Shown: positions 37,511 through 49,329 of the stretch, piece after piece
Position numbering within the stretch: the first letter of the stretch is position 1
Layout: the number at the start of each line of letters is the position of its first letter
Source of the DNA: Scenedesmus sp. PABB004
Lineage: Eukaryota
DNA: 64,000 nucleotides
Direction of reading: 5' to 3'
NCBI GenBank assembly: GCA_014905635.1
Contig: CM026548.1
Span: 1,488,001 to 1,552,000, forward strand
Translations under genes and position numbers: made by a program
Notes under the pieces: model-generated
Seen by the model: only the letters and a program-made list of their open reading frames with translations
What the model was told of the DNA's origin: nothing
Databases searched by the model: none

Positions 37511-40500
37511 GCGGTCGCGGCGGCGCCGAGCTTTGCGAACGCGGCGCGCCGCGCTGCCTGGACCTCCTTGCGGCGCTTGCGCATCTCCACGAGCGTCGTG
37601 AGTATGAGCGTGCCGACCAGGATGAGGTCAAAGATGCGGCTGAGGACGTAGAAGACCACCGCGGCGCTCCACTTCGGGCAGAGCGCGCAGCCGGTGTAAA
37701 ACTGGCCGTACGGCTCGCTCCCGGGGGGCCCCGGCCAGATGCAGTCGGCGCAGAGCCGCCCCTGGTAGCCCTGCGCGCACATGAGACCGTCGTACGCCTC
37801 GCCCACCGCGTCGCTGGTGTTGAGGGCGGAGGCAAACGCGGGCGCCGCGGCGGCGAGGCGGCGCCCCGCGTTGCCGCCCGCGGCGAGCGCGGCCGCGTCG
37901 GCGGCCGCCGCCTTGGCCGCCAGCGCGGCGAGCACGGGCTCGCAGCTCGCGCGCAGCTCGTCCCAGGGCGACGTCGGGCGCGGCGGCCGGCGCAGCGCGG
38001 AGCCGTTGGCGCCGCCGCGCCCCGACAGCGCGTCGCCAAACGCGGCGTCCGTGGCGGCGTCGCTCTCGTAGCCCGGGTTGTTCACCATCAGGGCCTGCTG
38101 CTGCAGGCAGCGCAGCGTGCGCATCGCCTCCGTCGACCTGCGGGGGGGGGGGGGGACCGGGCCGTGGGCGCGCTGCGCGTGGCGCGCGCGCTGCGCGCGC
38201 TGCGCGGCGGCGGCGCCCGGCGGCCGCGCGCGGCTGGCCCCCGTGCCGGCGTGGCGGCGCGGGCGTGCGCGCACCGCAGGCACGCGTTGCGCTGTGGGCA
38301 CTTGTGCATGCGCGTGGAGAGGGGGCCGCTGTTCCAGTAGCCGCTGTCGGGCAGCAGGCTCGTGGCGGAGCAGTAGGCGGCGTTGCTGGGGCAGATGCTG
38401 CACTTGGGCGTGGTGTGGCTGAAGGTGAAGAGGGGGCTCGTGCAGTTGTAGCACCCCACCGCCGTCGTCGCCTGGCCCCAGCGGCACCCCGGCAGCGCGA
38501 CGCGCATCGTCTGCCCGCCGCCGGGCAGCTCGCTGCCCTCGAGCGCTGAGAGCAGGCGGAACGTCACGTCCTGCACGCTCCCCGGCGCCGCGAGGAGCTG
38601 GAGCTGGTCAAAGGTCGCGGTGCCGTTGAGGGGAAGGACCTTGGAGATGCCGCTGAGCTGGCAGGCGCTGCAGTTGCCAAAGTCGGCGGTCGCCTGCACG
38701 CTCAGCTGCTGCGCGACGTCGTCCGCGACGCGGCCCTCGAGCTGGTCCAGCACCGGCAGCTCCACCGACGCGAGGCGCCCCGCGTCGCTCACGCTGCCGT
38801 GCACGAGCCGCGCGTCGGCGAGCCGCGCGGGCGCCGCGGCGCCGCCGGCGGAGCCGCCCGCGCCCGCGGCGCCGGGCCCTGCGCCGCCCACGACGACCTG
38901 GCCCAGCTTGGCGGGGCCGGTCGCGACGCGCGCGGCCGCGGCGCCGCCGTCCGGCAGCGCGCCGGCGCCGGCCGCGGCGCCGCTGGCGGCGCCCGCGGTC
39001 GAGGCCGCCAGCTGCTGCGCGACCGCCAGCGTGCTCACGCTGCGTGGGGCCGCGGCGCCGCTCGGCTGCTGCGGCGCCGGCTCCGCGAGCAGGCGGCGGC
39101 CGCTCGGCTCCGCCTCGGCGCCGCTCGGCGCAGGCTCCGCGTCGCCCGGCGGGGCCGCCTTGTCCGTCTTGCCGGACGGCGCCGGCGCCGCCTTGGTGCT
39201 GCCGGTCGCGCCGCCCGGCGCGGGCTTGCTGCCCGCCTTGCTCGGGCGGCCGGGCTTGGCGCCGGGCGCGGGCGCCGCGGGCGCCGGGCCGGGGCGCGCC
39301 TTGCCGCCCTGCGGCCCGCGGCGGCTGCCGGCCTCGCGCACCGCGCCGCCGCCGGTCGCCGAGACGAGGACGGTGGCGTTGGTGACGTAGAGGTCTGCGC
39401 CGCTGCCGAGGCTGTCGCTGTCAACGGCGCCGCCGTCGGCGCCGCCGCCCTGCAGCAGGCGGCGCCGCGTGAGCGGGCCGCCCGCGCCGGGGCCGTCGGC
39501 GAGGGCGTTGTGCTTGAACGTCGTCGCCCCGGGGTCGAGCGAGAGGGGGCAGGTGCCGGGGCCCTCGGGGCAGGCCTCGACGAAGAGCCCCGCGCCAAAG
39601 AGGGCGGTGTTGTTCTCAAACACGCTGCGCCCGGGCAGGCCAAAGCCGGCGCCCCACAGGCCGAGGCAGAGCCCGCCGCCGGAGCCGACGACGCCGCACG
39701 CCGGCAGCGCCTGCTGCGCCGTCGGCAGCCCGGGGCCGGGCGGCGGCGCCCAGGCAAAGGCGCGCGCGCCGGCGCCGGTCACGCTGCCCGCGGTCGCGGC
39801 CGCGCGGTCGGCCGCGGCGCCGAGCTGGCGCGCCGCGGCCGCGCTGGCCGCGCCGCCGGCGGCGTTGCCGCCGAACGTGCAGCCCGCCGCGGTGCTGCCC
39901 TCGCCCGCGGCGAGCACGCACGCGCCGCCGCCGGAGGCCGCGGCGTTGTCAGCGAAGCCGACGCGGCTGAGCGAGAGGGAGGTGCAGCCGACGCAGCTCA
40001 CGCCGCCGCCGGTTTGCACGGCCGCGTTGCCCCGCAGCGCGCCACCCGTGAGCGTGAGGCTGTCGCACAGGCTGCACGCGACGCCGCCGCCCTGGCGGCC
40101 GGCGGTGTTGTTGGTCAGCGCCGTGCCCTCCAGGCGCAGCGTCCAGGCGCTCGGCGGCGCGCCGCCGGCCGCGCCGGCGCGCGCGCGCGCGGTCGCCGCC
40201 GCCGCGTCGCCGGGGAGCAGCAGGCCGCCCGCCAGCGCGCCGCCGTACTGCCCCGCCGCGTTGCCGACGAACGCGCCGCCCACGGCGTCGACGCGCTGGT
40301 TGGCGCCGGTCGGGCCCAGCAGCACGCCGCCGCCCGCGGCGCTCGCCCAGTTGGACGTGAACGTCACGTTGGCCTGCGGGGGGGGGGGGGGCGTCGCGGG
40401 CGCGTGAGGCGCCTTGCGCGCGCACCGCTGCGTGGCCGCCGAGCGGCTCCGCCGCGCGGCTCCGCCGCGCCTCCCGCGGTGCGCGCGCCGCACCAGGCCG

Positions 40501-40813
40501 AGCTGCGAGTCGTCCACGTACACGCCGCCGCCGCGGCCCGCGCCGCCCCACGCGACGTTGCCCGACAGCTCGCACCGCGCGAGCGCGAGCCGCCCGCGCC
40601 ACGCGTACGCGCCGCCGCCGGCGGAGGTCTGCACCTCGCCCAGCATGTACTGAATGGCCTCGCTGCCCGGCGCCGCAGCGGCGGCCGCGGCGGCTGCGGC
40701 GGCCGCCGAGCCGGGCGCGGCCGCGGCCGCGCCGGTCGCGACGTTGCCGGTGAAGGCGCTGCCGCGCACGTCGACGACGCCGCCGTGCTGCATCAGCCCG
40801 CCGCCGACCTGTG

Positions 40814-40861
<48 letters not shown>

Positions 40862-43855
40862 GTGTGAGCGGCGCGGCGCGCGCACGCGCGTGAGCATGCA
40901 GCACGGCGGGGGCGGGGGCGTGCGCGGGGTGCACGGGGTGCTGGGGCTGCACCTTGGCGCGGTTGAACGCAAACACGCAGCCGGCGCTACAGGCCACGGC
41001 GCTGCCGCCGAGCGTGGCGAGGCCGCCGCCCGCGACGGCGCTGTTGTTTGCAAACACCACGCGCGCGAGCGACACGCCGGTCGCGTTGCCCATCGCAAAC
41101 AGGCCGCCGCCAAACATGCCCTGCGGCGGCGCGGGGTGAGAGAGGGGGGCAGGAGCGGGGCGCAGGAGGGGGTCAAGGTGCGGTCAAGAGCGAGCGCGCC
41201 AGCGGCGCCCGGCCCTGCCGGCGGCCCAGCCCGCGCGCGCGGGCGGGCGCCTCGCTGCGGCCCCGCGCCGCGTCGCTGCCGCGCGCGCGCGCCTGGTTGC
41301 TTGTGAGCTGCGCGTCGGCCGCGGTGAGGCGCGTGCCCTCCTCCATGAACACGCCGCCGCCGCTGCCGCCGGTGCAGTTGTTGTGGCTCACGCTCGCGGG
41401 CCCGGGGCCGGCGGCGCCCGCGGCCGCGGCGCGCGCGGCCGGCGCGGCCGCGGCGCCGGGCGCGCCCGCGAGGCGCAGCTTGGCGCCGCGGTCGACGTAG
41501 ACGCCGCCGCCGGAGCTGGACGCGGCGTTGCCGCTGATCGCGCTGCTCACGACCGCGGCGGCCTGCCCCGCCGCGACGTACAGCCCGCCGCCCTTCTCGG
41601 CGCCGCCGCCGCCGGCCGCGTTGGCCGCGACCGCGGCCGCCGCGGCGGCGCGCGCCGCGGCGACGGGGTCGGCCGGCCCCGCGCCGCGGCGCACGCCCGC
41701 CGCGTCGGCGGCCGCGGGCAGCACGCCCGCCAGCGCCGCGAGGCACGCGGCCGCGGGCTCGGGCCCCGGCGGCGCGCCGTTGGCGGTGACGTTGGAGCAG
41801 CGCAGCTCGAGCTCGCTCGCGTCGCTCGAGTCGCTGAGCTTGACCATCACGCCCGCGCCCGCAGGCGCGCTGTTGCAGGACAGCGTGCTGCTGGCCACCA
41901 CCACGCCGGTGCCGCCGTAGACCATGAACCCGCCGCCCTCCTGGCCCGCGGCGTTGCCGAGGAAGGTGTCGTGGTGCACCTCGAGGCCGTCGCAGGGGTG
42001 CGTGATCGCGCCGCCGCCGCGGATGGCCGCGCTGTTGTTCAGCCAGAGGTTGCCGACGCTGGAGAAGACGTGGTCGTCGCCGTAAAAGGTCCCGCACTCG
42101 AGCCCGCCCCCAAACTTGAGCGCAGCGTTGTGCGCGATCACGCAGCCCCGCACGTCGGCGTGCGTCGCGCTGTAAATGACCATGCCGCCGCCGTACGTGC
42201 CCTGCGGGGTGGGTGGGTGGGTGGGTGTGGGTGTGTGGGGGGGGGGGGGGAGGAGGGGGATAAGGAGGAGGAGGAGGGGGCGTGGGACGCGGTGTGCGTG
42301 AGGCGCCGCGGCGCGCACAGCGCAGCGCGCCGCCGCGCGCGCCGCCCGAGCGCGCCGCCGCCGCCGCCGCCGCTGCCGCCCGCCCCGCCCCACCGTGTTG
42401 TGGCTGATGGTGCTGTTGTGTATTGAGATGGCCAGCGTCGCCGCGTCCTCGACCATCTCCGCCAGCAGGCCGCCGCCGCGGCCGGTGAGGGCGTTGTGGG
42501 AGAGCGTGACGTTGCCGAGGTGCGCGGTGAGGGCGTCGTTGGACTCGAAGTACACCCCCGCGGCGGTGCTCAGCCCGCGGCAGCGCGTCACGGTCACGCC
42601 GTCCAGGTGCACCGCGCCGTTGGTCGCGCGCAGGCCGCCGCCCTGCGCGGCGGGGGAGGCGGGACGGTGTTGGGCAGCGCGGCGGCGGCGGCGCGGCGCG
42701 CGGCGGCCACGCTCTTCTCCGCCCCTCTCCCCCCCCCCCCTTTCTCCACACCCCCTCCCCCCCCATCCACCACACCCACCCACCCACCCCCCTCACCCCC
42801 ACACCCACGCACCATGTCGGCGTAGCTGTGCTCGATTGTCGACGCGCGCAGCGCCAGCGCCGACGCGAGCGCGCTGACGCCGCCGCCGACGAAGCGCGCG
42901 TTGCAGTGCGCCAGCGCGCTGCCGGCCATCAGCAGCCCGCCCGCCTCGAGCGCGACGCAGCCGCCGGTGTAGGCCGTCATGACGATCGCCCGGTAGCCCT
43001 CCCGCCCGCCCGCGAGCGGCGACGCGGCGTCGCCGCCGGGCGGCGCGCCGCCCGGCGGCGGCGTGCCGGTGAGGCGGGTGTCGATCAGGGCGAGAAAGGT
43101 CTCGTGCGCCGCGACCGACCCGCCCTCGCCGCCTGCGGGGGCGCGCGGGGCGCAGGGTTGAGGGTTGAGGGTCCAGACGGGGTCTGGGTGTCTGGGTGGT
43201 GTGCGAGCAGCCGGCTGCGGCGGGTGCGGGCGCGCACCCGTGAGCGCGGCGGTGTTGTTGTCAAACGTGCACCGCGACACCGCGAGCCCCTCCTCCGGCG
43301 GCTCGCACGCGCGGCCCTTGGGCCCGCGCGCAAGCGTGGCCTCAAAGCCCCGCCCCACGACGCCCAGCGCGCCGCTGGACGACGAAAACTCCTGGCCGAC
43401 GCCTGTGTGTGCACACGCGGGCGGCGCGCGGCCGCCGGCGGGCGGGCGGGCGGGCGCCCGTGGGCGGGCGGCGCCAGCAGGCGCTGCCGGCGGCGTGCGC
43501 GGCGTGCGCGGCGTGCGCGGCGTGCGCGCGCCCCTTGCCCAGCAGCCACGCCGCCGCGGCGGCGCGCACCCGGGCGGGGGTGGTTGTCGGTGAAGCGGCT
43601 GTCGGCCACCTGCGCGACGCCCACGGGCCTCAGCACCAGCACCGCGCTGCCGTTCACGCCGGCGTTGGCCGTGAAGGTGCTGCCGGCGATGCCGACCCAG
43701 CTGCCCTGCGTGTGCACCGCGCCGCCGCGGCAGGTGTCGTCGCCGTCGGTGCTGCGCGGGCGCGGCGGGCGGGCGTGTGAGTGCGTGTGTGAGTTGGTGT
43801 GGGTTGGGCCGGGGGGACGGGGGGGGGGGGGGGGGGGGTCAGGTCAGCTGCTGGC

Positions 43856-43886
<31 letters not shown>

Positions 43887-44835
43887 GGCCGGCCGGCTGG
43901 CGGGGCGCTCACTTGTTGCCGACGTTGGCGGTGAAGGTGCTGCGCAGCACGAGCAGCGCGCTGCCGTCGGCATACACCGCCCCGCCGCAGCCGGTCGCGA
44001 CGTTGCCCTCAAACGTGCAGCCGTCGACCGCCACCCGGCCGCGCGTGACCGCCACGCCGCCGCCGCGCTCGCCGGAGCAGCGCGACAGCGTGAGGTCGCG
44101 CAGCAGCACGTCAGGCGCGGCGCCGGCCGCGGCCGCGCCGGGCGCGCCGTCCGCGGTCGTAAGTGCGGCCGTCGCGGCGCCGCGGGCGCTGGTGGCGTTG
44201 ACGACCACCGCCGACGCGGCGCAGCCGGTGATGGTGAGGTCCTGCAGCACCACGCCCGACGACCTGCGGCCGCGGCGCCCGGCGTCACTCGGCCGGCAGC
44301 AGCGGCAGCAGCGGCGGCGCCGGGCGCCCCCCGCTGCGGCGCGCGCCGCCACCGCCCGCCCCGCCCTCGCCGCTGCCGGCCGTGGGAGGGCGCACCCGGT
44401 GATGATGAAAGCGGTGGAGTCGGCGCCCTCGCCGGTGCAGGTGATGGTGGCGGGCCCCGACAGCACCAGCCCCTTGCGCCCCGCGATCACCACGGGCGCG
44501 CTGGCGCTGAGCTTGCCCGCCAGGGAGATGCGCTGGGGCGGGCTGCTGCCCTCCAGCAGGTCGCGCAGCTCCGCCCAGCTGCCCGGCGCCGCTGCGCGGC
44601 CCTGCAGGGGCGCGGGCGCAGCGTACGCCAGTGCGCGCGCGGGGAGGACTGCCTCAGCCCAGCAGGCCGACCCCGCGCTGGACAGGGGCTCCAGGGGCTC
44701 GGGCGCCTCGCCGCAGGTCGGCTCCTCCTCCGCCGGCGCCGCGGGCTTGGCCGGGAGGGCGCATGCCGCTGGCCAGTCGAAGCTCAGCGCCAGCAGCGCC
44801 AATAGACCCCACGACCGGCGCGTCCGCGGCTTCAT
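35333..44835 (-). CDS. Second giant beta-helix (Pmp-like) + Cys-rich + multi-TM (TRP-like/adhesion-receptor-like) protein with C-terminal EF-hand
   Basis: Signal peptide MKPRTRRSWGLLALLALSF. Many FxxN/GGG[LV] repeats; CYNC..CSICP..C; CAQGYQGRLCADC. TM exon 35333-36592 with WISLDC, FSC, FW..D...C, YGHL.EDF...YYW..V.ELRK. Tail motif DADGDGRIGRAD. Confidence 0.8.
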
Positions 44836-45555
44836 TGCACACTTAGCATGATGCTGCTGTTGTTGCTGCCCAAGGGCCGCGATCGACGACGGCCGCAGCA
44901 GCGTGCGGTGCGACCTCGCGCGCTGGTGCGTCCTCGCGCGCGCGGCGCTGCCGAGCTTGCGAGTGTGCGCTGGACTGCAACACGTGCAGCGTGCGATCGG
45001 CGGCAGGACAGCAAAGTACCACGGCAGCAGCCTGCCGTGTGAGCTTCCGCCTTGTGACGGAGCCCGATGCAAGGCCCAGCTTTCTCCGTCACACACGCAG
45101 CTGCTGCTCGCGTGGCGCCGGGCTGCTCCGCCGCCGCTCGCCGGCGGCCGCCCGCCTGGCCCCCAGCAGACGCCAGTCAGCAGCTGCTGCGGCGCCGTGC
45201 GCAGCGCGCCCTGCTGCTGCGCGGCCCGCAGCCAGCGCAGCTGGCGGGCTCCAGCAGCACAGCGACCTGGTGGTCGCAGTGCTGCTGCGCCACCAGGCCG
45301 TTCGCTCGGCGGGAGCCCTCGCCCACGAGCGCCAGCGCCACCTCCCCCCGAGTGCGACACGCGGGTTGAGGCCAGGGCAAGGACGAGTGCGCCGGACCGC
45401 GGCCGCGCGGTCACCGCGCGCTCGCGGCGGCCGTCACCCGCTCCGCGGCAGTGGCGGAGGCATGGAGCAGGTGACGGCCGCTGGCGAGCGCGCAGTCACC
45501 GCCGCCGTGGTCGCGGACGCGGCCGGGAGTGTCGCGCGCCCGCCGACTCACGCCA

Positions 45556-45683
45556 CGCCCAGTCCCGGTGGGGTGTAAAGGCAGGACCTCGCACGGCGGG
45601 TGCATCCCCTGGCCCAGGGCCGAGCTCTGGCTGGGAGACACCCGCTGTGTGAGGGCCTGCCCGGCGCCCACCGGGGCTGGGCG
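45556..45683 (+). ncRNA. Candidate pre-miRNA-like stem-loop
   Basis: 45556-45572 pairs with 45667-45683; 45580-45602 pairs with 45639-45661; inner stem ccagggc/gctctgg. Non-Watson-Crick positions are mostly G:U on the + strand. Confidence 0.45.
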
Positions 45684-47011
45684 ACGGTGGGCAGCCCAGG
45701 CCACGCGGCCCAGGCACGGGAGGGCCGGTGCGCAGAGCATGCCGATGCGCCCGCTGCTGTCATCCGCCGCCGCCGCCCCTGGATCAACCGGAGGCGTGCG
45801 CGGCCAGGCCGGCTGCCGCGCAGCGCGGCACCGCGGCGCTGCGCGAGCGCGCGGTCGCCACCTGCTCGTCCTCCTCGGGCGCCGGGCTGGCGCCCTCGAC
45901 AGTGCCCGAGCGCACTCACTCTCGCACACATGCTCGAGGCCGCCAGCCCGGCGCCCGAGGCACAAGCAGGCGCCGGCAGCTCGCTCGTGCAGGCGGGGTC
46001 CAGCGCGCGCGCCGGCAGGCACAGCGCTCCGCCTCGCCCGCGCCGGCGCCGGGCCGCAGCGCCGCGCGCGCAGCTGCGGCGACAGGCTGCGCCCCCAGCA
46101 GCGAGGGCAGACACGGTCGTCAGGGGCGATTCCCGACTGCGCGGCCCACGCGCTGGCGGGCATGCGGCTGGCGGCGCTCGCCGCGCCCGCCCTGCTTGCC
46201 CGGGAGCGGCTGGACGCGCGCTGACGACCTCCTCGATGGCGGCCTCACGGTGCGGCGCCCGCCAGGGTCACGGCGACCGCAGCGCCCGGCCGGGCGCCTC
46301 CAGCCCCGCAGCTCGGCGGCGCGCGCCTGGCCGCCCCATGCCGATGCCCAGCCCTGCCCTGCGCCGCGCGCGTGAGGACGAAAGGGCAGGCGCGGGCGCG
46401 CGGGGTGTGGCGCCCGAGGCAGCGGCGACGGCGCGCGCGCCGCGCCGGCGCAGGTCACGTCGCGCGTTGCGCCACGCACAACGCGCGGCTGCATGTGCTG
46501 CCCAGCGTGAGCACGGCGTGCTTACGCTCGATAACATACAGCCGTGTATCGGGCGGCTGCGGCGGCGGTGGCGGCGGGGGCAGCCGGCGTGCTTTGCGGC
46601 GCCAGCGGGCCGGCCTCGCGCCGCTTGGCGACCGCCGCCTCGCGCCTTGTCGATCGCCTCGGCCGGGCGCTCGTGGTTGTCAGGGGAGCGCACAGCGGCC
46701 GCGGCGGGCGCCGGTGTCGGCGGGGGCGCGGGCGCACGCACGGCGCGGTGTGTGCGAGGCCGGGTGGCACGGCTTTGTTGTGCGTGTGCGTTTGTGGCAA
46801 GTGGGGGAACGGGGGGCGGGGCGCGCGGCCCGCGCGGCGCCGGCGTCAGCGGCGGCGCAAGGGCGCAAGGCGGCGGCGCGGCGCGGCGCTGCATTGCCCG
46901 CCCGGGCGCGGCCAGCAGCCCGCGCAGCCTCGCAACGTGGCACCGGCATCGCGGCGGAAGGACGCAGCGGCCGCACGCGCGCCCGACGCGCCGCAGCCAC
47001 AGAGCGGCAGC

Positions 47012-47595
47012 ATGCAGAGCGCCCTGGCGTTCGGCTCGCGGGCGAGCGCCTTCGTGGCGTCGCCCGTCGCGCCCGCGCGCCGCGTGACGCTGGCGGCGGT
47101 GAGCGCTGGGGGCGCGGGGGCTGCCCTCGCCATCGGGGCCGGCGGCCTGGGGGCGGGCGCGGCGCGGGCGCTGCCGGGGCGCGCAATCCGGCCGGGGCGC
47201 GCAATCCGCGCAATCCGGCACTGCCGCGGGTGCCTGCGCGCCGGCGCGGCAGCAGACAGGGGCTCTCGGCAGGCGGCGCCGGCGCCGCGCAGCGCAGCGG
47301 CGGCGGCCGGCTGCTGCCAGCGACAGCGCGGCAGCGCTTCGCCGCCCCCTGCGCGTGGCGTGCGACCGGCAGAGACACCGGCACCGGCGGCTTGCGCGCC
47401 CCCGAGGCCCCGCCAACGCGCCCGCCGCGCCCGCCGCGCCCGCCACGGCTGCCGCGCCCGCCGCAGCCCGCGCCCAAGGCGTGCGTGGTGGAGGTGGAGG
47501 CGAAGCTCAAGACGCGCAAGGTGCGGCCCGCGGACGGCTCGGGCACGGGCGCACTCACGCGTCGGCGCGGGGGTTCCGCGCGCGCCGCGCGCCAC

Positions 47596-47642
<47 letters not shown>

Positions 47643-48083
47643 CACGCCGCGCCCGGGCCCCGCGCGCGCGCATCGCGCCGCAGTCTGCGGCGAAGCGCAT
47701 CCGCGTGACGGGCGCGGGCAAGCTGATGGCGCGGCACAGCGGCAAGCAGCACATGAACGAGAAGCAGGCGCGGGCCCTTATTGAGGGGGATGGGGGGCAG
47801 AGGGAGGGAGGGAGGCAGGGAGGCAGGGAGGGGCCGCTGCGCGGGGCGTGGGGGCGCAGGGCGCGACGGGCAGGGGGCGGGGGCGGGGGCGTGCTCGCCG
47901 CGCGCTGGGCACGAGGGGACGCGCGGCGAGCGGCCGTGCGCGGCGCGCGGCGCGCCGACGCGCCCCACCGCCCGCGCCGCCGCCCCGCAGACGCGCGCCC
48001 AGAAGCGCGAGCTGTCCAAGTCGTTTGTGCTGGAGCCGGCGGACATCTACCGCGCGACGCGCTGCCTGCCGTACGCCCTCTGA
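47012..48083 (+). CDS. rpl35: Plastid 50S ribosomal protein L35, nucleus-encoded with transit peptide
   Basis: Transit peptide MQSALAFGSRASAF. KLKTRK|SAAKRIRVTGAGKLMARHSGKQHMNEKQ|TRAQKRELSK...LPY. Last intron is GC-AG. Confidence 0.93.
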
Positions 48084-48181
48084 GCGCGGCGGCCGCGGCG
48101 CCGCAGCAGCGTGGGGCCTGGGCGGGGAGGGCGGCGGCGTGTGACTGAGGGAAACGAGCGCGGTTCAGGCAGAGGCTCTGC

Positions 48182-48933
48182 TCACCGCTCAGACGCAGCC
48201 CCGAACACCAGCCACAGCCCCAAGCACAGACCGCAGCCCGGCGCCGCCAGCCCACCGCCGCGAGCGCGCAGCGCAGGCGAGCGCCGACCGCCGCCGATCG
48301 CCGTCGCCCGACCGCCGCTGCCGCGCCCGGCTGCAGCTCCGTCAGAGGCGCTGAGCACGAGCAGCGTCGCCATGGCGGGCGCGCGCCCAAAGTACTTCAC
48401 CAGCGCCGCGTCGCACGCGGGGTCGGTGTGCGCCGCGAGGTAGCGCGCAAAGTCGGGCGACATGCCGGGCACGCGCGGCGCCGCCGCCGCGGCCGCCTGC
48501 CCCGCCAGCGGCGCGCCCGGGGCGCCGCCGCCCTCGGCGCCGCCGCCGGGCAGCACGAGCTCCGCCACGCGGCGCAGGTAGCGCGCCGGCGCGGGGCAGC
48601 CCGGCGCCGCCGCGGCGGCGACGCACGCGCGCGCGGTCGACTCGCGGTACTGCGCCGCGCGGCTGCGCATCGGCCAGACGGGGACGAGGTCGAGGCACGC
48701 CGCTGACCGCCGCCTGCACGAGGTGGCGCTGGATCGCGCCGCGCTCGTAGACCTGCCCCAGCGCGTTGCAAACCGGGTCCTGGAACTGCGGGGGGCGCAC
48801 GCGGCCGCGGCGAGCGGGCGCGCGGGGTGAAGGGCGGGAGAGCGCAGCGCGGCGGGCCGGGCCGCCGCCGCACCAGGCAGAGCGTGATGGGGCACAGCAT
48901 GTCGGGCGGCGTGTGGAACAGGTGCTCGTCCGC
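48182..48933 (-). pseudogene. 5'-truncated, frameshifted U-box protein gene
   Basis: DEHLFHTPPDMLCPITLCL|intron 48786-48873|FQDPVCNALGQVYERGAIQRHL, then a frame change near 48695 to DLVPVWPMRSRAAQYRE. The N-terminal coding part is missing upstream. Confidence 0.7.
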
Positions 48934-49053
48934 GTCTTCCAGATGTCCATCACATAATCTGCCACAGAGTGAACAGCAAGCTGATCCTGCAGCAGGTCAC
49001 CAAGCAGATAACGCCGAGCCTGCTCCAGTGCTGCACACCGCGTTTGCGTCTAC

Positions 49054-49329
49054 ATGCCGGTGAGCGCCAGCGGCACCGGCGCGCCCGCAGGCGGCCAGCC
49101 GCTGGGCGGCGGCGGCGCCATCAGCGTGTCGACCTCCACGCCGGTGACGGTCGTCGCGCCGATCAACGTGACCACGCCGCTGACGCAGACGACTGTGCAG
49201 GCCGGCGGCGGCGGGGGCGGGCTGAGCGACGGCTGGCGGGACCAATGGGCGCGAGCCTGGCTGGTCGCGGCGGCGCTCAAGCCGCGCCTCGTGGTCGCGC
49301 CGATCCTGCTGCCGCTCGGGCGGCGGTGA
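49054..49329 (+). CDS. Small 91-aa hypothetical protein or captured gene fragment
   Basis: ATG-to-TGA ORF with strong G/C third-position bias; Thr/Val/Pro-rich segment and hydrophobic C-terminus. Confidence 0.4.
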   Translation: MPVSASGTGAPAGGQPLGGGGAISVSTSTPVTVVAPINVTTPLTQTTVQAGGGGGGLSDGWRDQWARAWLVAAALKPRLVVAPILLPLGRR

